A DNA stretch of 64,000 nt from Obrimoposthia wandeli (Eukaryota), in NCBI GenBank assembly GCA_977020255.1, contig CDROCS010002089.1:434001-498000 (forward strand), written 5' to 3'. This document shows positions 1 through 12,650 of this stretch, in pieces (positions within the stretch are counted from its first letter, which is position 1; the number at the start of each line of letters is the position of its first letter). The position numbers were made by a program, and so were the translations under genes. The notes beneath the pieces are model-generated. The model had not been told where the DNA came from and ran no database searches. It saw nothing but the letters and a program-made list of their open reading frames with translations.

Positions 1-117
1 AGGTGAGGATCAACTCAGTGAACTGAATTGAAAAGATCCTCAACCTCTACTTCTAAGGACCTTTTGCCTAATGTTCACCAGAAATTGCCGAAAAACTCTC
101 TCATTGACCAACGATTG

Positions 118-410
118 CTTTCCCAAGGTCTTCTCTAGTCACTCGCCGTGACCCGTAATTTATCCGTTTTAAATAAATCCTGAACTACCACCTCGGCCCC
201 TTGTAAACCTTCAAGGTTTTAAAATCACATTTGAAAATTCAATGTAACTCGTTTTCACATATCAAAAGTTGAAGAACTTTCTAGAGATAATCGTATCAGA
301 GGGCCGGCCACATTTTGATTAAATACGTCTGATGGATTGTATTCGGGTTCATCCTCAATTTATTCTCAATGGTGTGGCACTATCGAACCTGAGTACTCGT
401 CCAGCGCAAT
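118..410. repeat. 293-bp direct duplication, copy 1
   Basis: Matches 1653-1945 with about 7 substitutions by manual alignment. Confidence 0.9.
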
Positions 411-628
411 ACCAACTGATCCAAAGTCCGGATGAAGCGAGTATCGGAATCGGCCCAGGAAATGACACCAATACTCGTCGGTCCCCGCAAATCCAGCCAC
501 AATTCGTGCTCTGTCTCGGCCAATTAACTGGGGGTCGTCGCTAAAGACGATGCTGCCGTCCGTGAAGATCTCCACTCTGGGCTGGAGCGGCTGTCGCACC
601 AGCTGCAGCATCTGGGTCACAGTTTGGT
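366..628 (-). CDS. Protocadherin-like gene, exon 6 (last visible; ends at TGA 366-368, or splices out at a phase-1 donor after 413)
   Basis: Acceptor ttttgcag|AC at 629/628 is phase 1, matching the exon 5 donor. Translation (D)QTVTQMLQLVRQPLQPRVEIF...FRYSLHPDFGSVGIALDEYSGSI resembles the cadherin YSL...ID..SG.I motif. GC-rich. Confidence 0.6.
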
Positions 629-1652
629 CTGCAAAATGTGACTTGTTACAGTTTACTCTTGTAGTTACACAGATAATTTAAACATTCTTCTTCTAACAAA
701 ACCAAAATTAGTCATATTTTTTAAAATCTTTGAAACACTTTATCTGTGTGCTTCATTCAAACTTTAACAATTTCTCCTTAGCCTCACAAATAAAAACATG
801 GGAAAATTTGTTAAATTGTTTACCTTTATTGCGTTGACACATTTAAAATTTATTGAAATATATAATATATAATTAACAGATTTTAAACTTGACGCAATAT
901 CTTTTGCATCTGGCTTTTCTGATAATTAAAATAAGAAAATATTTTGTATTTACACATAGGCATTAATCTCTTCCTGAATTAGTGTACTAAATATTTATTA
1001 TCTAAATAATTACTCTGCTGATACCTAAGTATGAAACGGATGAAGATAAAGATGGATCAGATGACGACCGGTAATTTAAACTGGGAAGAACGGAGTTTGA
1101 TGACAGACAATGAGACAGTACATAATCAATTAAATTGTTCCTAATGTTGCCTAAAGGTATTAAAAATTAAAAAAAAACTTTGTCACATTATTTTTTAGAT
1201 ACTTAAAATTTGCAAATTTTTCGATTATTTAAAAATCCAAGATTATTTCTCCTTAATGAATTCACTGGATCAAATCTGAAGATATCATTTAACTTACTCT
1301 TGGCTATAGCATGTTTTGTTAAATAATATCGCTTGGTATTATTATTATTCGTACACAGAAATAGTTTGTTGATATTTAAGAAACGGTTTTCGCAGTATGT
1401 TCTGTTACAAAGTCTCTTTAAAGCCATCGTTATTATAGCAAGATATTCAACCGTGATAATAGCTCAATTTTAATCAAATTTAATAAATGAAAATATAGGC
1501 TACACTACTTGATTACAGTAACATCAAGGTAATAAATTGAATGTCGGCTTCAGTGATAATATATATAAGAATATATTTACATTAATAAGGCTTATATTGC
1601 ATTATATTTATAGTTTTCCGAATTTTTAGAGTGGTTTAATTTATATAGGGGT

Positions 1653-1945
1653 CTTTCCCAAGGTCTTCTCTAGTCACTCGCCGTGACCCGTAATTTATCC
1701 GTTTTAAATAAATCCTGAACTACCACCTCGGCCCCTTGTAAACCTTCAACGTTTTAAAATCACATTTGAAAATTCAATGTGACTCATTTTCACATATCAA
1801 AAGTTGAAGTACTTTCTAGAGATAATCGTATCAGAGGGCCGGCCACATTTTGATTAAATACGTCTGATGGATTGTATTCGGGTTCATCCTCAATTTATTC
1901 TCAATGATGTGGCACTATCGGACCTGAGTACTTGTCCAGCGCAAT
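1653..1945. repeat. 293-bp direct duplication, copy 2 (intronic)
   Basis: Same orientation as 118-410, no indels seen. Confidence 0.9.
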
Positions 1946-4904
1946 CCAGTGCAATTTAAAAGACCCTCTTTATAGTGCCATCTGATATAGTGCCATGCTT
2001 TTTTGAGGTTATATTCTGCACAACATAAAAAAATGTACATATTTCTTACTTCAAAATATGTTTTAAAAATAGACATGAGTTACGATTTTGCAATTTTATG
2101 AAAATTTTAATATGTAACAATATTTTTGTCATAATTGTGTTAACTTCAGCAGTTACTTTCGAAAAATGAATAAAAGAACATGCTTAAGTTTAGCAAAGAA
2201 GAGAGAGACATTATTCAGAGAAACATAAGATATATCACCAACGTATTGCGGATTTAATAAAAAGAATATTTATCGAAAAGATAAAAGAAAAAAATACTAT
2301 TCAATCTTTAAAAGCTTATTTAAATAACTGTACAATAGTAGAATTTACGGATGCTTGAGATTGAGTTGCAATTTGTACTATTAAAATTGCTTTAAAGCTA
2401 CTCCGTATGTCGAAGGAAAAAATGTATTGTAACGTTTGAAGATGAACAATCAACAAATGCTCTTATAAATGAAGCTATAGACAACGCTGTTTGTTCAAGA
2501 AATAGAGGAAGAATAACTACAACTTGACCTGTTTGGTAGCTTTTATGATCGAACACTTATAAACAAAATCATCAATACATCAGAAAGATGAAACGTTGGA
2601 AGAAAGCTCTGATGACTACAAATAGATATTAGAAAGTATTCTACCAGAAAGCGACTACTGTTAACAATGTTAATGATTAGAAAAATGCTTTGTTTGTTCG
2701 TTCAGCGTTTCATAACGTTATGAACAGAGATGAAGACTTTGATAAAAATTTATAAGTTGAGAATTTATAAGTTGAGAAAATATGCAGTGAAAAGAACAGT
2801 AATAAGACCCTTAGAAGAGATTTATAATAAATTAAAAGCAACAGCAAAAAGGTTGAAAACCACTGCGTTACTGTAACATAAAATGTTGATAAAAGTTAAA
2901 TATAAATGAAACTTTAACGGAGTTGGATTGACCCAGTAATTATACAAGAGCACATGAGAGGGATAGAAATGTAAACACAAGCTCTTGTGGTGCAGAAAAC
3001 TGTCATTTTACTATCATGTTTGTTCTGATAATCAATGCATAAATATATTTTTCCTTTATTTGTCCAATTACATAGTTTAAATAAAGTTAGTGTATGTTTT
3101 AAAACTTAAATAGTGCCAAAATTATACAAAATTATCTAAAAATTCTATGAACATAAAAAAATAAAGATATTAAAGATGCAATATAAATCATCTTGTGACA
3201 TTAATGGTTTAGCGTAAGTTTGAAATCCACACAAATCAGCCTGTAGAGATTGTGTTACTCTTTGCGAAATTTGAGTCAATAATTTTAGTGCAACAGAAGT
3301 TGCAAATAAGACTCCTTAGGAGAGATCTATAATAAATTAAAAGCAACTATAGCCAAATAAGAGGGACATTCAATTAACTTAAGAAAAAAGATTGAAATTG
3401 AAGCTAATTTTGAAGAAAAATCTAAATCTTCAATCAGACAGGCTGTTAACATAATAAATACATACAAATATCATGTAATCACAAATGTAAAACACAAATA
3501 AAAAATTAGAATTTACAATATATTTCGCTATAAATGTTATAAAATTCACCAGTTATTGTGATAAGTGGATTAAATATGAAATAATTGTATGATATTTTTA
3601 AAACGTGTTTTCATTAAAGAAAACGATAAATATAAAATATTTACAATCTCATTAATTTTAAATGGTTAGATATTGTCAATAAATGCAGAAAACTTTTGTT
3701 TAGATAAAAAATTCTTTATTGGTATTTGAAACTGTTTCACAAATATATTGCTTGATAAATTGTAAGTAGAATTACCAGAGAAGGCTTCAACTTGGACTCG
3801 GAATTGAATGAAATTTTGTATATGTACAGATAATGGTAAAATATTATACTATGGAAGGCTTTTCTGTGATCTCAAAATAAGTATTAGTTTACATAAAAAG
3901 AAGCTAAAAATGTTAAATTTATTTATTGAAATATTAAAAATTTAAATCATTTTAAGTAAAATAATTTAAAAATATATATAATATATAATATAATTTGTAT
4001 ATTATGAAAAATATAATATTTAGAAAGAATAAAATTATAATAAAATATATATAAAATAATGTGATTTGAATTTGCTGTAGGTTTCATAATTTTTAAAAAA
4101 AATGAGTTAAAGTTATTTTTTTATTTTCAGAATTTACAATTATCAAATATATTCAAAATAAATAAGATTTTCAAAATAATATGGAAAATTTTACATGATA
4201 TTAATAAACACATGAAAAAAATAACAAAAAAAATTAAGAAATGTAATTTGAAATTATTATAAAATTAAGCACTAAATTTATTTATCTATGCAGCTCGGGA
4301 GAATTTTAACAATATTTTTATTAACATAACATCTTTGAAAACCAATATTTTTTTATAAATTGTAGAAGTTAATTTTATTTTAAATATTTCTATGACTAAC
4401 TTAACCGTCCAATAACAGTGTTCAAAGGAAACTTTGTAAGAACATAATTGTTTAATTAAACTGTATATTTAAATCAATAATCTTAAGAATTTTTTAATAC
4501 AGTATTTGACATAAATATGGAATATTATTTTTATAAAAATTATTATTACTTTTTAATTTATGGAATATATGTACAAAGTTTAATTTTGCATTCATTAAAA
4601 ATTAAGTCTGATTGACAATATTAATTGTTGATCAAGAAATTTTACCTTTAATATGTATACAGAATATTTAGAAATTTATCCTGTTCATAAAATTTACATA
4701 GACAAAACTAAACAATATATTTTGTTTATATTAATAGGGTTCATAATTAATAGCGTATTTTGAAACCCAATTTCCACAAAAAATTAAACGACAGTAAACA
4801 TCAATTCCAATAGCGTTTTTTGTATTAACCATATAAGTTCAAATATTTACAAATGTGTTATGCCTATGTTGGGAATTAAAATATTAGAATTTAAATTTAA
4901 ATCA

Positions 4905-5110
4905 ATTTATCGAAGTGCCCACAGTCGAACAGCAATTTTTATCAGTGATGTTCAGGTTTTATCTTGTGCTTCGCGGTAGGAAAATCGCCCGCAAAGTAGG
5001 AGATAACACAGAAGAAATGACTGCATCCTCTATCGATATTTTCTGCCTATCCAATTTTAAGTGCACTACATACACACATGTTATTTTACTGCTTCTATCT
5101 GTGTAGTGGT
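4905..5110 (-). mobile_element. Degenerate copy of the hairpin-hammerhead element family, inside the mariner element
   Basis: ggttttatcttgtgcttcgcggtaggaaaatcgcccgcaaagtaggagataa aligns to ggtttatctctgacttcgcggtgggaaagtgcccgcgaagtcagagataa at 62581-62630; weaker homology continues for about 100 bp. Confidence 0.6.
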
Positions 5111-5229
5111 GCCGATTTACGTGTGTGTCTACAAATTTATGTAATGTCACTTATGATAGAAAAATTAATATAAAATTGTTTGTCATAAAAAGATTTGATA
5201 TAATTTCTAAAACTACTTTTTTAAATTGC

Positions 5230-5470
5230 TACAGAAAGAAGAATTATTGCTGATCATATTTATTACTGTTATTACAGAATACAGAAATTATTGCTGTTTA
5301 TAATTATTACTGTTATTACAAAATACAGAAATTATTGCTGACCATTGTTATTGCATTTACTGATTAAAACAGAATTTTATCTGATCATTATTTTATTGTT
5401 ATTGCTAAAAATATAATTTTGCTGATCATTATTTGTTGCTGTTATTACAGAAAACAGAAATTATTGCTAA
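5230..5470. repeat. Degenerate minisatellite of about 43 bp
   Basis: Recurrent acagaaattattgctga...ttattactgttattac units. Confidence 0.7.
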
Positions 5471-5518
5471 TGAATTAGTTGGAAATAATTATCAAATATA
5501 ACTCCTATATAAAAACAT

Positions 5519-6532
5519 TTATTTAACATAATAACTATATTGATCGACCACTGCCTTGAGATGGTTATGAAATGCTTGTCCATAATTTCCTTGATGAACG
5601 TAGGAAGTTGATTTACCAAGAATTCTTCTGGTTTTCTTAGTCATTAAAATCAGAATTATTTCCTCGAAATGATTCCAGTCGTGGAAAAATAAATCGATCA
5701 CACATAATTGTGTCTAGTGAGTAGTAAATAAATATTATTTTCACCAATAAAGTCTATGGTTGATCTGGCGACATGAGGTCTAGCATTATCTTGGACAAGA
5801 GCCAAGTTTTCAAATTGAATTTATACATTCCTTCCAAAATATTCTCCCATATCTTTTAGATATTGGATGTGCTGCTCAGCATTGATATTTACCTCACATA
5901 TTTGGGAATAATGAACGCCTGTCAATGTCACAGCTACACAAACCAATAATTTGTTTTCCACTTGATGCCTCACATGCGTTTGACAACGTTCGCAATCTTC
6001 ACCTGCGTCAATCCACGAACTATTATCATTTCCAGGCCAAAGATAACAACAGTAAAACGATTTTTCGTCTACAACAACGAGGTTTAACTTTACTATTCTT
6101 GATTGGTACGCTTGTAACTGGTTTTCACTACATCCACTAATCATCTGATAATGCCTTTGATCGATTTTATGTGGAATCCATTCAGATAAGCAGTAAATCC
6201 TCATTGAGGTTGCGATGAACCATGGCATTGGACATATTTAGCATCTGAGCTAGATGTCTTTCAGATAATCGATTATCAAAAGCAATTTCTTCTTGAACTA
6301 ACTGTATATTATCCTTCCTATTTTATAAAACTGGGTGTCCTTGACCTGCCTGTCTTTCAAAACTGTCGCGCCTGTCATCATTAAACTCTTGGACAATCTG
6401 CTGTACCTGCCATACACTGCATTCTTCATCTGACCATGAGGTAGTGGTAACATCATGAATGTATGTAGCAGACTTCCCAAATCTTCGCAATGATTCAATT
6501 AAAAAAAGCTTCTTATCGTATAAAAATTTCAT
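5519..6532 (-). pseudogene. mariner-type DD..D transposase, frameshifted
   Basis: N-terminal HTH-like segment ending ERQAGQGHP, then VVDEKSF, LVQDNARPHVA and YSLDTIMCDRFIFPRLE (equivalent to mariner YSPDLAPxDxxLF). Confidence 0.8.
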
Positions 6533-7468
6533 AGCGCTAAATAAGAATATTTATTCTATTATACATTCAAACATTCAAATATTTGTTGGAAATTCAAAAA
6601 TGTATCATTCAATAGAAATAAGCTACAGATTTTATGTTAAATAAATGTTTGTATATAGGCATAACACTTTTGTATATATTTGAACTACTATTGATAATAC
6701 AAAAACACTATTGGAATTTATGTATACTGTCGTTTTATTTTTTGTGGAAATTGGGTTTCAAAATACATTATTAATTACGAATCATCCTATAATTCAATAA
6801 TATTAATGAATTATTTTTGTAATTTTTAAATTATAAACAAGAAAAGCATTATTTTATCGATTTAATTAAAGAAAATATCAGAAGAAAAACATGTTTAATT
6901 AAAATAGGATATACTCAAAACATGAATTTTGGATATGCTATAAGGTTCCCACTCTGGAATATCCAATTTAAGAAAACGATATTTGGATACAGTAGATACA
7001 GTAGAAAGTGAAGGTCATCAAAATTAAGTATCGGATAACTGTGTTTGATAGTCCGTGGGTCTTAGATATCCTTTCCTCGAATCAAACAATATTTTCGAAT
7101 CAGATAATTTTGCAACAAAAACAATTCATCGCGAACAATTTGACGAGTATTTAAATCGAATCATATATATATTCATCCAATAGGAAGAGCGTTAAAATTT
7201 TCAAACGGGATAGTTGCACATTTATGAAACAGGTTTTCTCATATTCTCATATTTGTAAGAATAATTATTTCTAATTGTGTAAAATATAAATCACATTTAA
7301 ATCTGTATATCATTTGTTAGTTTACTTTACAATTATAATTTCGTTCTTGATGTCTTCAATCCAGATCTTCTTTCCGATTAGACCGGTCAGTTTGTGCGAG
7401 CAAGTGAGTGGCATACGTAATCTTACACTACATCAGCACTTTCATTTGTCAACAGACAAAGTAGGGGA

Positions 7469-7496
7469 TGCGTCTTATATCCGGGTAAATACGGTA
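7469..7496. mobile_element. Solo pogo/Tc2-type terminal inverted repeat
   Basis: Reverse complement TA-CCGTATTTACCCGGATATAAGACGCA resembles pogo/Tigger-group TIRs. No partner found. Confidence 0.5.
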
Positions 7497-8269
7497 ATAA
7501 AAACATTTTGTATTAAAACAAGGTTCATTTTATTTAATTAAAAATGTAATGAGCCACTTAGAATTGATTTTGAAATAATGATCTAATCCAAATACTACAG
7601 ACGTGGTGCGATCAATAACCACCCGGACTAACTATGAAAAAAGTAACACAAATTCATTAAACAAACATATTTAGAAACATCAACATATATAGGTTATTTC
7701 TCTATATAAGAGCCATTGTTATCTACACATTTGTTTCCGCTGGAGACTAGTTCTGTAAAAGCAGCAACAAAAAATTCTGGTTAACAAGAATCAAGGTATT
7801 CCAGTACAGAAACCTTCAATTGTTCCTTGGTGTTAAATTTTTTCCCGCTCAGTATTTTATTAATTTATACATTGGAATTTTTCATTGAAATAATTTTAAT
7901 TAAGTATTATTATCAACAGTAGCCCAGGGATTTTAGAAAAATGGACGTAAGTTAATTTTGAAGTCTAACATTATAAAAAAACTGAATTAGATTATTTTCT
8001 ATTTGAAGTGGATTTTCCGTCTAATAAAATAAGTTTTGTATCCTAATTATTACAACTACAAAAATAATAAATTATAAGTTTATGTCTAACTAATGTATTT
8101 TTAATATTTTCATCTTTATTTAATCAAATTATCACTGTAATTTTGTAAAATTTATATTTCGAAGTAGATACTGAAAAGATTATTACTCGAAATGTTATTA
8201 CCGATACAGATTTAGAAATACCGATGTCTAAAGAATCTTTATTAGAAATGCAGGATCAGTTCTAATCTC

Positions 8270-9130
8270 TCTCTCAACAGCCAGCTAAAATACTTAGTTC
8301 AATTTTGCAACAATGGAATCTTTTAGAAATAAATACAAGCATTTCATGTTTTCGAAACAGTTGGTACCCGATAATTAATTGTCATTACTAGATTCTCAGA
8401 TACATGCAAGTTAGTTAAATCTAAGATACTTTAGTACCCAGTAATTATTATTTTTGACTCATTTTCGACATGTAAAGTTTATTTATGAAACATCAAGAAA
8501 AAATCTAACATTAAAATTTATCAATTTATCAATTTAACACATTAAAAAAGTCAATGAATGTTTTCAAAATATTCAGCATCAAACTTCTGGCTTAAATTTA
8601 AATATTTATTTAAGGACTTTAACAACAAAACAAACCAAACACTTAAATAAAATAGCTAATTGAAAAGTTTTTGTTTCTTTCAGAAATCAGAAAAGCCACA
8701 TTTTCCAGTGGCAAAATTCTGTAGAAATGTTACAATTGGCTATGCCAGTAATATCATTAGGAAAAAACAATTTAATTTTGCATTTAGGAAGACGCTTCAG
8801 TGCATGACGATATAAATATTGGATTAACTACCAACTTGCAGAAAGTATGTGTAAATTGTTGGTAATTTAAACTTTTAATAAAGTTTCTTTGTTTGTTGTA
8901 AGACTGTGTAACATTTGATTGTAGATGTGACCAGGGAATTTATTGAACAAGATTTATCAAATGGTGATTTCGATTAGACCCTTCAATTATTAAATAAATT
9001 TGATTCTGTGAGTGTAGACGATACGAAGTGGAAGAAAAAAAAAGTATTGGAACTATTTTCTTCATAAAATTATTAATCAGAAATGCAAAATAATTATTAA
9101 GATGATTATTGATATGAAATTAAAAAACAG
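8270..9130 (+). mobile_element. Highly decayed Chapaev-like (CMC) transposase remnant
   Basis: LSQQPAKILSSILQQWNLLEINTSISCFRN matches the LSK..AELLASRLQQWNLL motif; the rest is fragmentary. Confidence 0.45.
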
Positions 9131-10061
9131 TCAATATTGTATTTTGTTGGGATATATATTTTAAACATGCTAATTCTTCTATTATTTTTGTGGTTATATT
9201 TTAGACAAATATGGTTAGACAGGAAAAAATCACTTTTCGTATTAAAGTTTTCTTTTCATGACAAGCGTGTGTGGTGAGTTATTTTTTAAAAAGCTGAGTT
9301 ATGAAAGGATTTATCCGGCTTACAGAACGTAGTTTTTCTGTAACCGTACAGACTGACCAGCCTGCTTTCCATATAGAACCATGCAAGATGATTACGAAAT
9401 AGTAAGTTTCTGATATGATAATACTATAGTAAAAACACAGAAGCATTACGACAACTATGAAGCGGAGTCCCGAGGAAATGACATGAAGATAAAATAGAAA
9501 AATCCAACCCCGTAAGACTAAAGTAAAAAGTTATAGAAAATCACGCAAAATAAATATTTTAAATCTGAGATAACCACATGATGAGGTCTGCTCAAATGCA
9601 TATACCAACCGAGTTTCAGCTGAATAAAACTGAAGGGATGGTTTTCTTATAAAATCAATAAAAATATTTTACTTATCTATACATGAATATTTTTTCCTAA
9701 TTTTTATCCAATTATCGTTTATCATATCACATTTTTACATCTATACAGCAGAAGTAAAATATCGGTCATATGGATGTCATATTTGAAATTCACCCTGCAA
9801 CATAACATAGCAAACAAAAGCTATTACATTTATAACTGAAAATAACAGGTTATGTATACAATTGCACACATTGTCATGAAAGTTTTTTCCTGAACATTTA
9901 AAGTGGCTCTTGACATTAAAAGTAAAATTTACATTATTACCAGTTAAATAGTATATCACGTTTACACGGTTCAGGTTGCAAAAACGATTACTTGATTATT
10001 TGGTGTGTGTGAGTTAATAACTAAACTACAGCATAATCCATAATCTGTAACGTGACTTCAC

Positions 10062-10248
10062 CTGACTGGATCGCAGAAACGAGAAACGTGAATCGGAATC
10101 CGGTTGTTGATCTCGGGTAGGGATTGGTCCAGCACATGAGGCCGATATGACGACTAGATAGACTGGCGACTGTGCTGAGGTCAGGGGTCAACGGTCTCAG
10201 ATGGTAGAGAGTCTTGGTCATGCCACATTTGTTGTTGGGGCTCACCAA
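10062..10248 (-). CDS. Protocadherin-like gene, exon 5
   Basis: Acceptor tttctttctcag|TTG, donor G|gtgaag, 187 bp, phase 0 to 1. LVSPNNKCG...GFRFTFLVSAIQS. GC-rich. Confidence 0.7.
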
Positions 10249-10901
10249 CTGAGAAAGAAACCAGGTCAAATATTTACAACTTTCTTCTTTTCTAAATAAA
10301 ATAAGCTTAAGATAGAAAATGGAGTAATTATTCTTTTGTATATATCATATACATCAACTTAATTTTTTAGGGAAAATAAATTTCAACTGATTTCTACATA
10401 TAATACAACAAAGATATCATACAACCCATTTTAAATTAATCCATTGCTATAAACAATATATATTTCACATTAACATATTTTGTGATAATATGTATAAATG
10501 ACAATAATTAAAGCCTGTGTATATAGTGTAAAAGAATGAATATAAGTTAAAACTGTTATGTGCACTTTTTTCTAATCTTTTATAAGATGCATCCAGGAAT
10601 GTTCTCCCATCCTATAATTTTACATTAACCAATTCAAAATTATACTTTAGTAACTTGAAATTTCAATATATTATATCCACTATATGTTGAAAAAAAATTG
10701 ATGAAGTTTTGTTTTAACCTATAAATAATAAGAATTTATATATTTGAGAGTCTAAATCCCTAATAATTTTATTAATAAATTTATATATATAATTTTTAAA
10801 TTTATTTTTTGATATAGAACATATTATAATATGTAATTAGATTTATAATCTTTCTTTAATATATAACGTTTATATGAAGTAGATTGTTTATCAATAAATC
10901 T

Positions 10902-11120
10902 CTATAGCAAAAAGAAATGTAGGAAATTATAAAAGTCCATGGAGACGGAAAATTCCCGAAACCTGACTGTAGTGTAGGCATATATTTTATTGCATATATC
11001 ATGTCTTCCACAGTTTGAGTTTTGTGCTTCGTTTTCATTTGAGACTTCAGTTTCATCTGGTTTTTCTTCAGTCACTTCTACATCAGTTTCTGGGACTTCT
11101 GCTTCTTTAGGATCAGCCAT
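10902..11120 (-). CDS. Candidate small nested gene (72 aa, acidic N-terminus, hydrophobic C-terminus)
   Basis: ATG in acaATGG context; MADPKEAEVPETDVEVTEEKPDETEV... is non-random and set in AT-rich intron. No family recognised. Confidence 0.35.
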   Translation of the reverse strand: MADPKEAEVPETDVEVTEEKPDETEVSNENEAQNSNCGRHDICNKIYAYTTVRFREFSVSMDFYNFLHFFLL

Positions 11121-12543
11121 TGTCTTAAAAAATTACAAAAACAAAAATTATACAAATTAAAACAAACCCTTTTACTCCATTTTGTTTTCAAAATTAATTA
11201 AAAACGAAATAAAATAAAACGGTTTGTTTGTTGCGTAATTATACAATTTTATTGAATAATTACGCAACCAATTACTTGGGGTATTTAAGTAACTACAAAA
11301 CATGAATTCACTACATAGCCCCCACCTAAGTAGCGGAGCGAAAAGGAATATTTAAAAAGAAGAATATTTAAAAGAATTCACTACACTGACATTAAAATTT
11401 TAAAAAATATGTAGAATTTGAGAACCTCAAACACCAAATTATTAAAAGATGAAAAAGCTATCCGAAAATGACATAAAATGATATAAAACGTTTTCCAGAA
11501 AGATTATTGAAGTTAGTTGAAAAGTGAGAATCATTTTCCATCATATAAATGTTTTTTTTAATTTTTAGTCTTGTTTTTGTTTATTTTGTGTTAAAGAGGT
11601 AATGTCATAGAAGTATCGTTTTGGGACAATTAAATTTAATTCATTAAATAGTTATTTTTTATTGAAATAGTTTAACAAAATCTTATAAACTGTCTTCCAA
11701 TAAACATTAACACTTATGTTATCTCTAGCATAGTCGAATTTCAAGTCCCTACAGTAAAACTTGTAAAGGCCCATACAAAGACTTAGATAGTGAAAACTTG
11801 AAAACTTTACTGCAAATTGAAAGGACCTCCCCAGAGAACAGTGTATGCATATCAAAAGCAGCTGTGATTCTACTAAAACTGATCTCTATGTTATAATCAG
11901 TGTCACTCGTACTACAACAAATACCATTGTTGTGTATGAAAGTCTTTACGGAGTGTTTAATGATGTTGTGACAGGCTTTTCAGCAGAAATGAGCCACTAT
12001 TCATTATGTTGTCACACCAGAGAGTCGTGTTGTGATAGCTGTTGTTGTTTCTGATGTTGTCAAAAGCCACTACACCCTCTCAAACAAGCGATGAATCCAT
12101 ACAAAGGAGGATGGCTGCATAAATTTGCAAAGAGAGAGTGTGGAGTATACGTTCATAGTTTGCATACAAAACGCAATGAATCGTGAAAGTAAGAGTGCCA
12201 ATTGTGCGTGCACCTCAGAGCCAATATGCACTGTGCTGTTCCACTTCAGATGGGTCTCAGCGCTGTGTAGCACTTTATATGCCGGGCTGCAACATAATTG
12301 AGGGGTTGTTAGAACGGTTATTAGTTCACATACTACTGCCGTGTTCACTCAACCAAATAGAGTGTGATCACCTTTCTCTTGCTGCAATACACTTCACCAC
12401 TAGCAGATTCTGTGTTCAAATATGACATGTGTTGTCTACACTACATGATTTTACCGAGGAATCATCATCATCATCATCATCCTCATCTTCACCCTCATCT
12501 TCACCCTCATCCTCATTTTCGTCCTCATCAATCATCCTCTCAC

Positions 12544-12650
12544 CTGATAGAAACAGTGCTCTCCATCCTCCAAAAGAGCTCCGTCATCCTCTCCAATATT
12601 CACCTTGTTCAGTTCACTCCAAAATCGAGCTGATCTTGGTGCAGCATTTT
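12544..12650 (-). CDS. Protocadherin-like gene, exon 4
   Basis: Acceptor tttttgcatttttcag|AA, donor CAG|gtgaga, 107 bp, phase 1 to 0, which bridges exons 3 and 5. (E)NAAPRSARFWSELNKVNIGEDDG is cadherin linker-like. Confidence 0.65.

Larger units (their letters stand above)
4735..6789 (-). mobile_element. mariner-like DNA transposon, decayed, about 2.05 kb, in the last cadherin intron
   Basis: About 90-bp imperfect TIRs (4735-4826 tagggttcataattaatagcgtattttgaaacccaatttccacaaaaa... and its inverse at 6697-6789), with TA after the right end. A transposase remnant lies inside. Confidence 0.8.

Noticed and set aside
1-368. Possible stop-codon reassignment, since the cadherin frame continues past TGA/TAA with LRVTASD and LEVEVED-like words
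   Set aside because: All three stop types occur, while the well-supported exons (over 600 codons) have no internal stops; the standard code fits.
2160-2900. Purine-rich stretch resembling decayed gag or transposase
   Set aside because: Stops in all frames and no diagnostic motif I could name.
4959-5150. Minus-strand ORF with KLDRQK as an extra cadherin exon
   Set aside because: It lies inside the mariner TIRs and is homologous to the hammerhead-element module; it ends in a stop with no donor.
12364-12633. Poly-His/Pro ORF and the antisense poly-Asp/Glu frame
   Set aside because: Alternative readings of one (TCA/TCC)n microsatellite-like tract; the acidic frame is only about 39 codons and closed by stops.
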